Source: Vairimorpha necatrix
Lineage: Eukaryota
Reading direction: 5' to 3'
Length of the DNA stretch: 64,000 bases
Assembly: GCA_036630325.1 (NCBI GenBank)
Contig: CP142736.1
Coordinates: forward strand, 248,001 to 312,000
Shown here: piece after piece, positions 24,501 through 35,600 of the stretch
How positions within the stretch are numbered: the first letter of the stretch is position 1
Layout of the letters: every line of letters starts with the position of its first letter
Notes under the pieces: generated by a model
What the model saw: only the letters and a program-made list of their open reading frames with translations
The model's database searches: none
Told to the model about the DNA's origin: nothing
Made by a program: the position numbers and the translations under genes

Positions 24501-26351
24501 AAAAATTTAATAGAAAATTTACCAATTAAGAATTTATTAATTGAAATATTAATAAAATATAATTTATCGATAAAGAGGATTTTAAATGAATATAAATTAT
24601 CATTAGAAGCTTATAATTGGATTTTAAAAGAAATTAAATTTAAAATTTTAAAATCAATAATTTCTCCAAATGAAATGGTAGGCACTTTGGCGGCTCAATC
24701 TGTAGGGGAGCCTGCGACACAAATGACTTTAAATACTTTCCATTTAGCAGGAGTATCAGCAAATATTACGATGGGAGTACCAAGATTAAAAGAAATTATA
24801 AATGTTGCGAAAAATATTAAGACTCCTTGTATGAAGATTTATTTAAAAGATCCATTTAATAAAACTTTAGAAATGGCTAAGAAAATCCAAAGTGAATTAG
24901 AATTTTCAGATATAAAAAGTCTCTGTGAATTTAGTGAAATTTATTATGACCCTGTGATAGAAGACACTTCTATAAAAGAAGATAAAGATTTTGTTCAGGA
25001 ATATTTTGATTTCCCTGATGAACATTTAGATTTTAGTAAAATGCCTAAATTTATCATAAGATTAAAAATTGACAGAATTAAATTGGTAAGTAAAAATTTG
25101 AAATTAGAAAATATTGTAAAAAGTTTACATGAGGCCTTTCCTAATATTTTCCATATAATTAGATCAGATGAAAATAGTCAGAATTTAATAATAAGAATAA
25201 GATGTATTTCATCTTTGAATAATAATGTAGAATATTATAATTTACAATATAAAAATATATTAAATTTAAAGATTATGGGTTATAATAAAATCAAGAAAGT
25301 TTTTATAAGTGAAGATAAAGACAAAGATGAGTGGTATTTACAGACAGATGGAGTTTGTATAAGAGAAATATTCTCTCATCCAAATGTAGAAGGACATTTG
25401 GTAACTTCTAATGATTTAAATGAAATAGTAGAAGTTTTAGGAATAGAAGCTGCTAGAGAGACAATCTTGAATGAATTGACTTTAGTTATAGACGGAAATG
25501 GAAGTTATGTCAATCATAGGCACATCAGCCTACTGGCTGATGTGATGACAATGAAGGGATACCTTACAGGTATAACAAGACATGGAGTGAATAAAGTGGG
25601 ATTTGGTGCACTAAAACGCGCATCATTTGAAGAAACTGTGGATATTTTACTAGACGCAGCTTTAGTAGCAGAAAATAATGTAACAAAAGGTATAACAGAG
25701 AATATAATGATGGGACAACTAGCCCCTTTGGGGACAGGAATAGGAGACCTGCTTTTGGATGTAAGTAAATTAGATAAAGCTATACCACTTTCTAAACCAG
25801 AATATAATTATGAAGAAGTTGATACGCCATTTATACACAGTCCAGTGTCAGAAAACCTGAGTATAAGCAGTGGAAACTGGAGCCCGGCTTATTTAGTAGA
25901 AGGAAATCGATATGCGCCAAAAACAAGTTTATATTCTCCGACGAGCCCGACTTATAGTCCAACGAGCCCAACATATAGTCCCACGAGCCCAACATATAGT
26001 CCAACAAGCCCAACTTACAGCCCGACAAGCCCAACTTATAGTCCAACGAGCCCGACCTACTCACCAACATCGCCATCGTATAGTCCGACAAGTCCGAGTT
26101 ACAGTCCAACAAGCCCGAGTTACAGTCCAACAAGCCCGAGCTATAGTCCAACAAGTCCATCTTATAGCCCAACAAGCCCATCTTACAGTCCAACATCACC
26201 GTCTTACAGTCCAACATCACCGTCTTACAGTCCAACAAGCCCGTCTTATAGTCCAACAAGCCCGTCTTATAGTCCAACAAGCCCGTCTTATAGTCCAACG
26301 TACGATAATGACGAAAAGAAAACTAATAGGAAACGAAAAGGAAAGCAATAA
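21534..26351 (+). CDS. RPB1: RNA polymerase II largest subunit
   Basis: CPGHFGH, NADFDGDEMN, GEPATQMTLNTFH and a CTD of 17 YSPTSP(T/S) heptads at 25932-26288. Confidence 0.99.
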   Translation: MFDEIVTKRISSIQFGLFSPEEIRKSSVVQIIHPETMENGFPKSGGLIDLKMGTTERAFLCSSCEKDNFSCPGHFGHIELTKPMFHVGYMTKIKKILECVCFYCSRLKISTKNLKKDLNFVWNISKTKSVCEGEIGENGFTGCGNKQPVIKKEGMSLIAFMKGEEESDGKVILNGERVHNILKKIVNEDAVFLGFDQKFTKPEWLILTVLLVPPPSVRPSIVMEGMLRAEDDLTHKLADIVKANTYLKKYELEGAPGHVVRDYEQLLQFHIATMIDNDISGQPQALQKSGRPLKSISARLKGKEGRVRGNLMGKRVDFSARSVITPDPNISVEEVGVPSEIAKIHTFPEIITPFNIDRLTKLVSNGPNEYPGANYVIRNDGQRIDLNFNRGDIKLEEGYVVERHMQDGDVVLFNRQPSLHKMSMMAHFVRVMEGKTFRLNLSCVSPYNADFDGDEMNLHMPQSYNSKAELEELCLVSKQVLSPQSNKPVMGIVQDSLTALRLFTLRDSFFDRRETMQLLYSVNINNYEFTDSSKLIMTHDDSFGNNLHTEESSNIMKILNFPAISYPKKLWTGKQILSYILPNTIYNGKSNEHNEEDLENVEDSYVIIRNGEILSGIIDKKAVGSTQGGLIHIIANDFGPDRVTCFFDDAQKMMNLYFATINAFSIGIGDAIADKETMSQVQRSIETAKEQVNEIIVKAQKNKLERLPGMSMRESFESQVNYILNKPRDISGASASKSLSFCNNMRTMVLAGSKGSFINISQVTACLGQQNVEGKRIPFGFNYRSLPHFSKADYSGKSRGFVENSYVKGITPEEFFFHAMGGREGLIDTAIKTAETGYIQRRLVKAMEDATVTLDRSVRGADGFIYQYEYGEDGFDATFLEMQKMTHDDVATKDDVSFKNLHLIDMFTDLNFAIKKENVTDQIYKLLTTDVNLQKILYDEFEWLNENVKKYEKMNIASPCNFQRIINLAIYKFDCRKGDISPYLILDTIKNLIENLPIKNLLIEILIKYNLSIKRILNEYKLSLEAYNWILKEIKFKILKSIISPNEMVGTLAAQSVGEPATQMTLNTFHLAGVSANITMGVPRLKEIINVAKNIKTPCMKIYLKDPFNKTLEMAKKIQSELEFSDIKSLCEFSEIYYDPVIEDTSIKEDKDFVQEYFDFPDEHLDFSKMPKFIIRLKIDRIKLVSKNLKLENIVKSLHEAFPNIFHIIRSDENSQNLIIRIRCISSLNNNVEYYNLQYKNILNLKIMGYNKIKKVFISEDKDKDEWYLQTDGVCIREIFSHPNVEGHLVTSNDLNEIVEVLGIEAARETILNELTLVIDGNGSYVNHRHISLLADVMTMKGYLTGITRHGVNKVGFGALKRASFEETVDILLDAALVAENNVTKGITENIMMGQLAPLGTGIGDLLLDVSKLDKAIPLSKPEYNYEEVDTPFIHSPVSENLSISSGNWSPAYLVEGNRYAPKTSLYSPTSPTYSPTSPTYSPTSPTYSPTSPTYSPTSPTYSPTSPTYSPTSPSYSPTSPSYSPTSPSYSPTSPSYSPTSPSYSPTSPSYSPTSPSYSPTSPSYSPTSPSYSPTSPSYSPTSPSYSPTYDNDEKKTNRKRKGKQ

Positions 26352-26384
26352 AATATTAATAGTAAAAAAAATTTAAAAATTTTT

Positions 26385-26885
26385 TTTTTTTTGTAAAATT
26401 TTTTATATCAAATTCTATATTGATCTATAGTTTTAATATTAAAATAAATAACATCTTGAACTTAGATATAACTTTTCGCATTTTTTTACAACTTTTCTAG
26501 CTTTTATTTTTTTTTGTAAAATTTTTTATATCATATTTTATTCATAGTAAAATTAAATTCTATATTGACTATATAGTTTAATAAATTAATTACATCTTGA
26601 ACTTACAGATACAATTTAAAAAAAAATTTACTAATTTTTAGCCTTTTTTAATTTTTTTGTAAAATTTTTCGAATAAAATTATATTCCTGATAAAATCTAA
26701 AAATATATTGCTTTATAGTTATAATAAATAAATTATAACCCGAACTTGTGATATTTTTTTACAACTTTTCTAGCCTTTTTATTTTGTAAAATTTTGACAC
26801 TGAAACTATATTCTTCATTTAATTATATGGATTATATAATTTTAATAAATTACATCCTGAATTTACAGATATAACTTTTTAAAAA
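26385..26885. repeat. Degenerate ~130-bp tandem repeat, about 4 units
   Basis: Recurring TTTTGTAAAATTTT...TATATTG..TATAGTT...ACATCTTGAACTT at ~26385, 26510, 26652 and 26782. Confidence 0.65.
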
Positions 26886-27417
26886 AAAATTTATAAATTT
26901 TTTTCAACAAAATTTACAGTTTAGAGAAGAATTTTAAATTGATACTGTGTCATAACTAAGTTTTTTCGTAACTTTATAATTACATATGAAAACATTTAAA
27001 AAAACCTTGATTTTGATTTATGACTTATGAATGTATTGTAACTAAATTTCATACATACTAAGAGCTACGACATAACCTTGTTTATTGACATATGTCATTT
27101 AAAATTACCCTATAAAGCCCAATTGGCGAGGTAGACGTGGGCTTTTTGAATAGGATAAAAGGTTGATTTTTATGGTTCTAAATGGGGTTGATACTAGAGA
27201 AAATGAATATATCCTAGAAAATCAAAAAATGGCGCCTGATGTTATACACATATTTACTTGATATAATTTTTTTTATTATAAACTTAAGTATATTTAGAAA
27301 AATATCTTATATACATTGTCCATAATATATTTCATTGTTTAAATTCAGTATATTTAAAATATCTAATTCATATATTAACCTTGAAAAATAAGAAATTTTT
27401 TTTAAAGTTATTTTTTT

Positions 27418-29058
27418 TTATTTAAAAAATTTTTCATAAATTTTTTCAATATCCAATTCAAACATAGATCCAGAATACGGTATCTTATATCGATTCATCA
27501 CATCTCCACTACAAACTCCTATACTCCCATAAACTTCCCCATTAATTTTTAATACCGCACTCTGATTCTTTAAATATTTTTTTTCATTATAAAAATTTTC
27601 AAATTGAAAATTTTTTATCCCACATTTCTCTAATATTGTAGTCATAGGCCCTTGTATTTCTTCTAAATGACTTTTGTTTCCTACAAATAAACAACTTAAC
27701 ATTCTTCTATTCGCTGCACCAACATCATTTTTACTTAAATTTACTACGTCACCAAGTTCGAAAATTTTTATTGGTATTTTACAGTGTAAATTAGAAGAGA
27801 CAGATTTTAGTAAGCCGGGGTACAAGGAATTTCTAACTACTTCGCATTCTAAAGATTTGTAGTTTTCTACTAGTGCACTTGATTTCTCAAATTTGTCGTC
27901 AGTTCTTGATACTAACACCATCGTGTAAACTTCTATAAATCCCAACATGGACATTTCTAGTCTCAATTTGTCGCTAAATTTATTAAGTCTGTTTTCGCTG
28001 CCTATTGTGCTCAAATCAGGCATTATCATTTTGATGTTATTGTATCCGTAACATATAGCGATATCTTCAATTATATCGGCTTTATGAATAACATCTTGTC
28101 TTATAGAAGGCACTATTATATTGAGACTTTTATCATCTACTTTTATGACTTGATACATCATTTTTATTAAGAGATTTTCTAATGTATCAATGTCTATCTT
28201 TATATTTAGTTCTTTATAAACTTCTTCTAATGTCAATGTGTAAATTTTCTCATTAGTTTTTTCGATTTCTTCTCCTGTAATATTTACAGAATACATTTCT
28301 TCTGTTCTAAAAGCGCTTAATAACATTTTCAAGCATGTATTAACTTTATACGAATTGGTACCAGTGACTTCTACAAGAATATTTCTAGTATCTAAAGAAA
28401 TTTTAGTTTTATTACTATTAATTACTGGCGGGACACTAATTACATCATTATTATTATCTTCAAACACGACATATTCGTCGTCATCAAGATATTGTAAATA
28501 TTTTGATATATTTTTATCATCTTTAAAATGTTCCTCAAGATTCTGTACTTGTTTTTTACAATTTAATGGTACAAAATCCAGTACATTTTTTTTTATTGAT
28601 TTAAAAGTAACAGGCCACGAAATTTTATCAAGATCGTGTGTGCCCATCGACACTAAAGATCTATTTCTACCAAGAGAACCGCACAATTTCTCTTGGTAAG
28701 AAATAAAACTATCATAAGAAATTTTATCAAATGAAAAATTTTTTATGATAGCAGAAGCGACACAAGATCTTTTTTTAAAATATTTTTTTTTTATTTCAAA
28801 CTGGCTTGGTAATAATTTTATGTCTATGAATTGTTTATTAAATAAATAAGAATGTAGAGAATTAGATAATCCTTCTGCACATAATAAATCGTATCTGTTT
28901 GCAGGGATTTCGATTTTATAAGAAGTTTCAGTGTCATTTTTTTCTATTTCGTCAATTTCTAAACCGAAATCGAATAAAATGTCAGAAAAGTTTTCTGGGT
29001 CGTAATTTTTATTAAGAAGTCGTTCTATTTCAAATTTTGAGACTGAGATTGTAGGCAT
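27418..29058 (-). CDS. FRS1: Phenylalanyl-tRNA synthetase beta subunit
   Basis: MPTISV start, IPANRYDLLC, GTHDLD, RQDVIHKADIIEDIAICYGYN. Confidence 0.97.
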   Translation of the reverse strand: MPTISVSKFEIERLLNKNYDPENFSDILFDFGLEIDEIEKNDTETSYKIEIPANRYDLLCAEGLSNSLHSYLFNKQFIDIKLLPSQFEIKKKYFKKRSCVASAIIKNFSFDKISYDSFISYQEKLCGSLGRNRSLVSMGTHDLDKISWPVTFKSIKKNVLDFVPLNCKKQVQNLEEHFKDDKNISKYLQYLDDDEYVVFEDNNNDVISVPPVINSNKTKISLDTRNILVEVTGTNSYKVNTCLKMLLSAFRTEEMYSVNITGEEIEKTNEKIYTLTLEEVYKELNIKIDIDTLENLLIKMMYQVIKVDDKSLNIIVPSIRQDVIHKADIIEDIAICYGYNNIKMIMPDLSTIGSENRLNKFSDKLRLEMSMLGFIEVYTMVLVSRTDDKFEKSSALVENYKSLECEVVRNSLYPGLLKSVSSNLHCKIPIKIFELGDVVNLSKNDVGAANRRMLSCLFVGNKSHLEEIQGPMTTILEKCGIKNFQFENFYNEKKYLKNQSAVLKINGEVYGSIGVCSGDVMNRYKIPYSGSMFELDIEKIYEKFFK

Positions 29059-29125
29059 TTAAAGGGGTGTGAAAAAAATATTAAAAAATCGAAACTTTTT
29101 TATTTTCTCAAAATTGCTTAAATGC

Positions 29126-29246
29126 AATTTTCTCAGATTTGCTTCGATTTTGAATTTTCTCAGATTTGCTTCGATTTTGAATTTTCTTAGATTTGTTTTG
29201 ATTATTGAATTTTTCAAGATTTCTATTGAATTTTTCAAGATTTCAT
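29126..29246. repeat. Short tandem repeats (27-bp unit, ~3 copies, plus a shorter unit) in a divergent intergenic region
   Basis: ATTTTCTCAGATTTGCTTCGATTTTGA repeated, then ATTGAATTTTTCAAGATTTC twice. Confidence 0.8.
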
Positions 29247-29337
29247 TCAAAAAGTCAATTTTAAATGAATTCTAGTTGAAAATTCTTATTATAAGTATTC
29301 CAATTCTAATGCTTTATTTGTTTTGTTTTTTTCCCTT

Positions 29338-29778
29338 ATGGTCTTATTAAAAACTTTCGATGATGTCTTGTTTACTTTTGACAATAAATATTTATCAAAA
29401 TCCAGACTTCTTTTTTCAATACATGAGCACACAGTCCTCTGCGAACCAGTTCCTCTTCTTATAACTCATGACATTTTAGAAATTGTTTATAATTTCATGA
29501 AGATTGATGTCTGCATTCTCTCTAGTGATTACAGTCCTTATGACTTGAGATTTAAGCAGAGCGACTTGGACTTCTTTAGTGCATATGACTGTAATAAACT
29601 TATAGAATTGTCTAATGCTTCATCTTATTTGGAATACTATTTCTGTTTAGAAGTGTGTTGTAAATTAATAGCGAGGAAGTTGGAGAATAAAAGCGTGAAG
29701 ATGTTAAAAAAGCAGATTGGTGATATAAATATTCAAGATAATCAAGATTTTGAGTGGATATCATCTGAGGAAGAATAA
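29338..29778 (+). CDS. Skp1-like protein
   Basis: CCC-TT-ATG start; VLLKTFDDVLF N-terminus; LIELSNASSYLE..LEVCCKLIA resembles Skp1 LILAANYL..LLD..CK.VA. Confidence 0.8.
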   Translation: MVLLKTFDDVLFTFDNKYLSKSRLLFSIHEHTVLCEPVPLLITHDILEIVYNFMKIDVCILSSDYSPYDLRFKQSDLDFFSAYDCNKLIELSNASSYLEYYFCLEVCCKLIARKLENKSVKMLKKQIGDINIQDNQDFEWISSEEE

Positions 29779-29789
29779 ACAAGAATGTA

Positions 29790-30040
29790 AATTTATTATT
29801 TTATTAATATTCATTTTTTAGATTTTGATTAAACATATGAAATGAAGCATAATACATAAAATATTAATTATTATTTATTTTATGTTTTGTATTTTAATTA
29901 TACATCTAGATGAAGCAACAATATTAAAATATTAATTATAATTTATGTTTTTAGATTCTAATTATACATCTGAGATAAAACAAAGATATTTAAAATTAAT
30001 TATAATTTATGATTATAATAACATCCTAAATGAAGCAATA
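29790..30040. repeat. Degenerate ~60-bp tandem repeat
   Basis: Recurring ACAT..AGATGAAGCA...AAAATATTAATTATAATTTATG. Confidence 0.55.
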
Positions 30041-30184
30041 TTATGTTTTTTTTTATTTTTTAGTATGCATATTTTGTTTATTACAAGTTTGTTTGTTTTT
30101 GATGAGTCATAATTTTACTTAAATAAATCTTTTTTAGCATAAAAAAATGAAAATTATTTTTTACAAATTATAAATTAGAATATT

Positions 30185-30673
30185 TTATTCATAAGAAGCC
30201 ACTTCTGCCTTCTTAATTATTTCCACTTTAGGGGTCATTTTATGTACTGGCATAATTCTTCCTAAATGTTGTTTCACTCCACTTTCCTTAGCTTCCTTCC
30301 CATTCTTAAAGATAGTTATCTTACTGAGATATTCTTTCAGTCTCTGCGCATTCAAGTCTAAAGTCTCTTTATTCATGTTCCTTCTTCTGTTGTCTACTCT
30401 GATTCCTATTCTTCTTGCATAATTTACTTCTAGTCCTGCTTCTTTTAATTCCTCAGGAGTAAATCCTTTACCAAGTCTCTGCTTCTTATTGTATCTTATA
30501 GTAGGACATCTTACAATAGGACACAGTTTCTTAAGTGGAGCAGGATAAAGTACTTTAGCTTTACTAGATCTAGTCTTGGCCCTTCTTTGTGCCCTACTAG
30601 GCTGGTTATGCCATTCTTTTACCCTTTTCATAGCATTTCTATGATTATTTGGTAGAATGTGGTTGTTCTTCAT
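30185..30673 (-). CDS. RPL13: 60S ribosomal protein L13 (eL13)
   Basis: [44 protein letters not shown]. Confidence 0.96.
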
Positions 30674-30706
30674 TTGGGGCTTAAAAAAATTTATTTTTTT
30701 AAGCCC
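30674..30706. promoter_or_regulatory. 33-bp palindromic bidirectional promoter
   Basis: Perfect 14-bp inverted repeat GGGCTTAAAAAAAT-TT-ATTTTTTTAAGCCC places CCC next to both divergent ATGs. Confidence 0.75.
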
Positions 30707-31174
30707 ATGACTGGAACTATAAAATCAGTAATAACACAAGGAAAAAGAAAGACAGCTTTGGCCACTTGTAAGTGTTCTGAGAGTGAAGAAATGAGTATTT
30801 TGGTAGACAAAGTACCATATAAGATACTCAGTAACAAACTTATGTTATCAAAGATTAAAGAAATAATCTGTGTGGTTGATGATGTCAATCTTAAGAATCT
30901 TAGTTTTCAGATTACGACTAAGATCAAAGAAGGAGTAGTGACTCATAAGAAAGGGAATGGAGAAGTGGCTCTTGCTTATGCAGTGAGAATGGCCTTTGCA
31001 AAGGCCATTGTCGCTTATTATGGGACTTATTGTGATGAGTGGAAGAAACAAGAAATCAAGAAAGTTCTTATGTCTTTTGACAGATATTGTCTTGTGGGAG
31101 ATATTAGGAAAAAAGAACCAAAGAAATTTGGAGGACCAGGAGCCCGAGCAAGATACCAGAAATCTTATCGTTAG
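30707..31174 (+). CDS. RPS16: 40S ribosomal protein S16 (uS9)
   Basis: [28 protein letters not shown]-terminus; CCC-ATG at 30707. Confidence 0.97.
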
Positions 31175-31238
31175 AATAAATATTCTTATATAAAAAAAAC
31201 TATAATATTTTTGCTATATCTACATATTAAAACTAATA

Positions 31239-31755
31239 TCATATATATAAAAGAATTTTAAATAATTTTTTACCCCTTTTTTTGTGGTTTTAAAAATTCT
31301 AAACTTCTTATTATAGCTTATTGTGTCATTGTAATATCAAATTTAAACTCAGTGCTTAAATTTGATAATTGTAAGTGCGTATACTATATATTAATGCATT
31401 TTTATTAGATTTATTATTTTTAGAAAACTCGGTTCCAAAATATCGTCAGAATCGTTTTTTAGAATTTATTTAACCCTTCTAGAAAAATTCACAAAAATAT
31501 TAACCAAAGAAAAAGTTGAATATAAGTGTCAAAAATTGAGCTTAGAAGTATTCAAAATTATCTAATTATGATTTTTAAGTGTTTTACAACAACATTACTC
31601 CTTATATGTCACTAAAAAGTATTTTTAAAAATCATGTCTAAACTCTGTCAAATTTAATCAGCCAAAAATGGAAACTTTACAAAATTTACCGAGACGGGAC
31701 ATATTATAAAACAAACACATTTATCCCGTTTTCAAAACGGGAAAGCATACGCTAG
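31239..31755 (+). mobile_element. Non-autonomous Helitron, copy 1
   Basis: A|TC 5' end (TCATATATATAAAAG), hairpin CCCGTTTT-C-AAAACGGG ~10 nt before the CTAG|T 3' end. Confidence 0.85.
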
Positions 31756-31758
31756 TCA

Positions 31759-32278
31759 TCATATATATAAAAGAATTTTATTTAATTTTTTACCCCTCTT
31801 TTTTGTGACTTTGAAATTTCTAAACGATATATTTTGAGCCTTTTACGTTAATATAATTTCTTATATAGATTTAATGTTTTAATTTGATAATTGTAAGTGT
31901 GTATATTATGTGTAAATACATTTTTATTCTAATTATTATTTTTGTTAAACTCAGTTCCAAATTATTGTCAGAATCGTTTTTTAGAATTTATTTAACCCTT
32001 CTAGAAAAATTACAAAAAAGTTTAACAATAAAAATTTGTTGACAATAAGTGTCAACAATTGAGCTTAGAAGTTCCCAAAATTATCTCATTGAGATAATTA
32101 AATGTTTTAAAACAACACAACTTCTTATATGTTGCTAAAAAGTATTTTTAAAAATCATGTTTTCTCCTTTTTAAATTCATTATCCTTAAATGGAAACTTA
32201 ACGAAAATTACCAATTAGGGACATATTAAAAAACTAAACATTTAGATCCCGTTTTCAAAACGGGAAAGCATACGCTAG
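31759..32278 (+). mobile_element. Non-autonomous Helitron, copy 2
   Basis: Same termini and hairpin; full-length diverged homolog of copy 1. Confidence 0.85.
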
Positions 32279-32321
32279 TAATATTTTAATATAATCTGTG
32301 CTTGAAATACCCCCTTTTCTC

Positions 32322-32621
32322 ATGGAAACAAGTTCTCGTACAAATATTGGCATTCTCGGAGACGAAGACACAATAAATGGCTTTATGATCTCAGGAGTAG
32401 AATCTAATACTAAAAATCCAAATCTTTTATTAGCAAATTACAATACATCTGAGGAAGACTTAAAGAAGATGTTTAATAGCCTCGTCTTTAGAAAAGACTT
32501 GGCTCTGATTCTCATCTGTGATTTTGTATTTGAAAAAATCAGAGAAGAGATTTCTAAGTTCAATGATGATTTACCATCAATAATAGAAATACCCAGTAAA
32601 ATAAAGAATGTCAATTTGTAA
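32322..32621 (+). CDS. VMA7: V-type ATPase subunit F
   Basis: IGILGDEDTINGFMISGV, RKDLALILI, PSIIEIPSK; ATG at 32322 after CCCCC. Confidence 0.95.
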   Translation: METSSRTNIGILGDEDTINGFMISGVESNTKNPNLLLANYNTSEEDLKKMFNSLVFRKDLALILICDFVFEKIREEISKFNDDLPSIIEIPSKIKNVNL

Positions 32622-32699
32622 AATAAATAAAAACATTTTAAAAAAGTTTATATATTATTTAGTAGATTTATAAAAAACAAATTTTAGTATTACATGCTA

Positions 32700-35600
32700 T
32701 CATCTAATATTATGTCTTTGTTAAGAAATCATGTCTTCTTATCAATATTAAGTGGCCTCGTGATAAACTGCCTTATATTTAAAATATAAGGAAAATTTCT
32801 AAAAAAAAGATAGTCCTGCTTTGTAGAGCACATATTCTGATTATTTAACATTTCTTATTACAATGGCAAGGCTACGCTGATGTGTCCACTAGAGCTCTAT
32901 ATTGTTTATAAATCATAAGCCCACATCTTATAAATATGTGTATTATTTGCTTAAGGAAATACATTTAATTTTTTAACATATTTTTTCGCTTCTAAGCTCT
33001 CATTTGTTTAGCTCTTTATTGAAAACAATTATTTAGGTAAATTAACGGTGTATGTGATTGTATCAGGATATTTTTCATCTTTCTCTAATAGCTTAATATT
33101 CTCTGACTTTCATTCAAAATCCCCATATTATGATTTATAGTTGAGTATCATATAGATTAATCTACTCGTTTAATTTATTATCAACCTTGTCTGATCTAAC
33201 AATTCAGATAATTTAACTAACTGTATTGTAAATTCTGTTTAATTTTATCTAAAAATTCTTATAAAAAACTTCTGAAATTTCTAGATAATTATTTATTTAG
33301 ATTTAATTCTATAAGTTTGGCGCGTTTCTAGTATCTAAGCGTTTACATAACCTTCTAAAAATTAATCTCAAGGCCAACTGCACACGAGTTTTTTTTGTTC
33401 CGAGCATTAAAACATTAAGCACCTTATAGTCTTTAGCTAGCAATTTGAAGTCGATAAAAATATCTAGCGACTGCACTTTTTATAACTCCGAACTTTAAAA
33501 AATTTTTATTGGATTTGTTTATTAGCCTTTAATCAAAAAAAAACTATCAAGAAGAGTATATGCCATCTTTAAAAGATTTCCTACATAAACATGTATAAAC
33601 AATTCTTTTTCATATTTAATTTACTCGATAATCTTCTAGTCTGGTATTTATATAATCTAGTTATTCATTTGTATTATATTATACATGTTACAATGAATTG
33701 CGTTTTTTTTGTCTGTATCTTTCCGTCTTCGACCAGAAGTTATGTTTCTCATTCGATGTATTATTTGTAAGCGCTTTTAAGCACCTTGTCTTTCATAGTC
33801 GTATCTTTATATTTTCTCTTAATAGAAAATTAAAGCTGGAATGTTTTACTAGATATTTTGTAATAACTTATATAGATTTTATATGCGAGAAATATCTAGG
33901 CGGAACTTTAGTAGACTTAAATTAATTTTAGTATTAAGTGTGTAAGTATTTTGTAACTAACCCTTTACTTCTTTTCAATACATATCATTTTTTGTTCTTT
34001 GTAAAATAGATGTGGAAAGAAAATTCACATAAAGATCAATTATATTTGTACGTTATTTGTATCCAACTGGTATTGTCGGATTCTTACTCACTAAAACTTA
34101 TGCTTTTATACTACCAGTATAAAGATCAGCTGTCTCCAATAAACTTTGTCTCCAGGAGAAAAAAAATATATATGTGGATTTGAATGCTTCCAGGATGATT
34201 TCATGGCGAATATACTAAACGGGTATGCCTCCTTAACCGAAAAATGCATCATTTTTTTACGCAAAGGTTCCTACTGTAATTTTCCTCGCGCAAACGACTT
34301 TTACCCCTGACACATCATACCATGCATTAATAATATTGTATTGTCGAGTAATCTTCCTTTATAAGGCTTACCACATTATAAAATTTAGTATTGAGTCAAC
34401 AAAACCTTCAATTCTTTTATATCTATTTTTTAAATCGTTTCAAGGATCATACCACAGAGCTCACCTACCATAATTCTAAAGTACACTGTATTCGGGAGAT
34501 AAAAAAAAGTGAAAACTCTCTACAAAAGTAATGTTATTTTGGCCCCGAGACGTGTTTCTACACAAGTTGCGATATTTCCTGGTGATTAAATGCACTCAGA
34601 GGTCGTTAACTCTTTAATAATTATCGTAAAAATTTTTTCATCTGAGTTGTTATAACTGCATCATATAAATATATAACATTTGGTACATGATCTTTTGGAA
34701 CCCGCATTTAAAATCTAAAAAAGAGAAAAATGAAAAAAATATAAAAAAAGGACTTGGCAATGAATTTTGATTCATAAAAGAAGATGATTTATACGTCGGT
34801 TTTTTTGGTATTTAATAGGCCGATATACATTGTAAATCTACTCAAGTGCTTGTCCTGATTTATTCCATGCCTAGGCCGGAATTCTCTCTCGGAAAGAGAC
34901 CAAAATCCTTCAATTTGTTTGGTATTGTATCTCAGGATTGTTATAGCTTACAAAATTGTAAAGATGATTTACAGTTCTGTGCTCCGTCTCTGTGGCTTAT
35001 CTAATGCGGCATAATCTGCTCTCCATTGAACAGTATTTACAATAGAACTTAGTTAATTATTATCTTGCATTACCTCAAGAAGAATAGACGCATTTCTACT
35101 AGCCACAGGACAAGTAAGACACACGCGGGTTCTATATTATTATATGTTTTTAGAATAATCTTTAATTTATTTTCATATACAAAAAAACTCATCTGTTTTA
35201 CACAAAATTTTGTCATTTTTATATAGGGGGATCCTTCCAAATTATCAATGTTGGTTTATTTTTCCAATGCAAGCTCCAAACGTCCATGAACCTAACCATT
35301 TTTGTTAAGATATTCGTAGCTCTGTTTAATAATGAGTTCTGCTTTAAAACAGGACCAAGTGCATCTAAACATCTTCTATTAAGGAATAGTAATTTTTTTG
35401 CATAGTGTCAAGTTTTTTTTTTGTTTAAAGATAAACATGAACTGTCCAGTTGCTTATTAGCTAGAAAGCATTTAAATTTATTCTAAACTCTTCTTCTGTT
35501 AGAACTATAAAATTTATTCATTTTTAGACTATACTTAATAGATAGTCAGTAAAATTATTAATTTTTTTTTTCTTTGTATGTATCCAATAATTTCGACCAG

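Noticed and set aside
25831-26376. Repetitive 154-155-aa alternative-frame ORFs
   Set aside because: Shadows of the RPB1 CTD repeats.
29059-29275. Two small ORFs, or a CRISPR-like array
   Set aside because: Contiguous 27-bp tandem units with no unique spacers; eukaryotic context, no cas genes.
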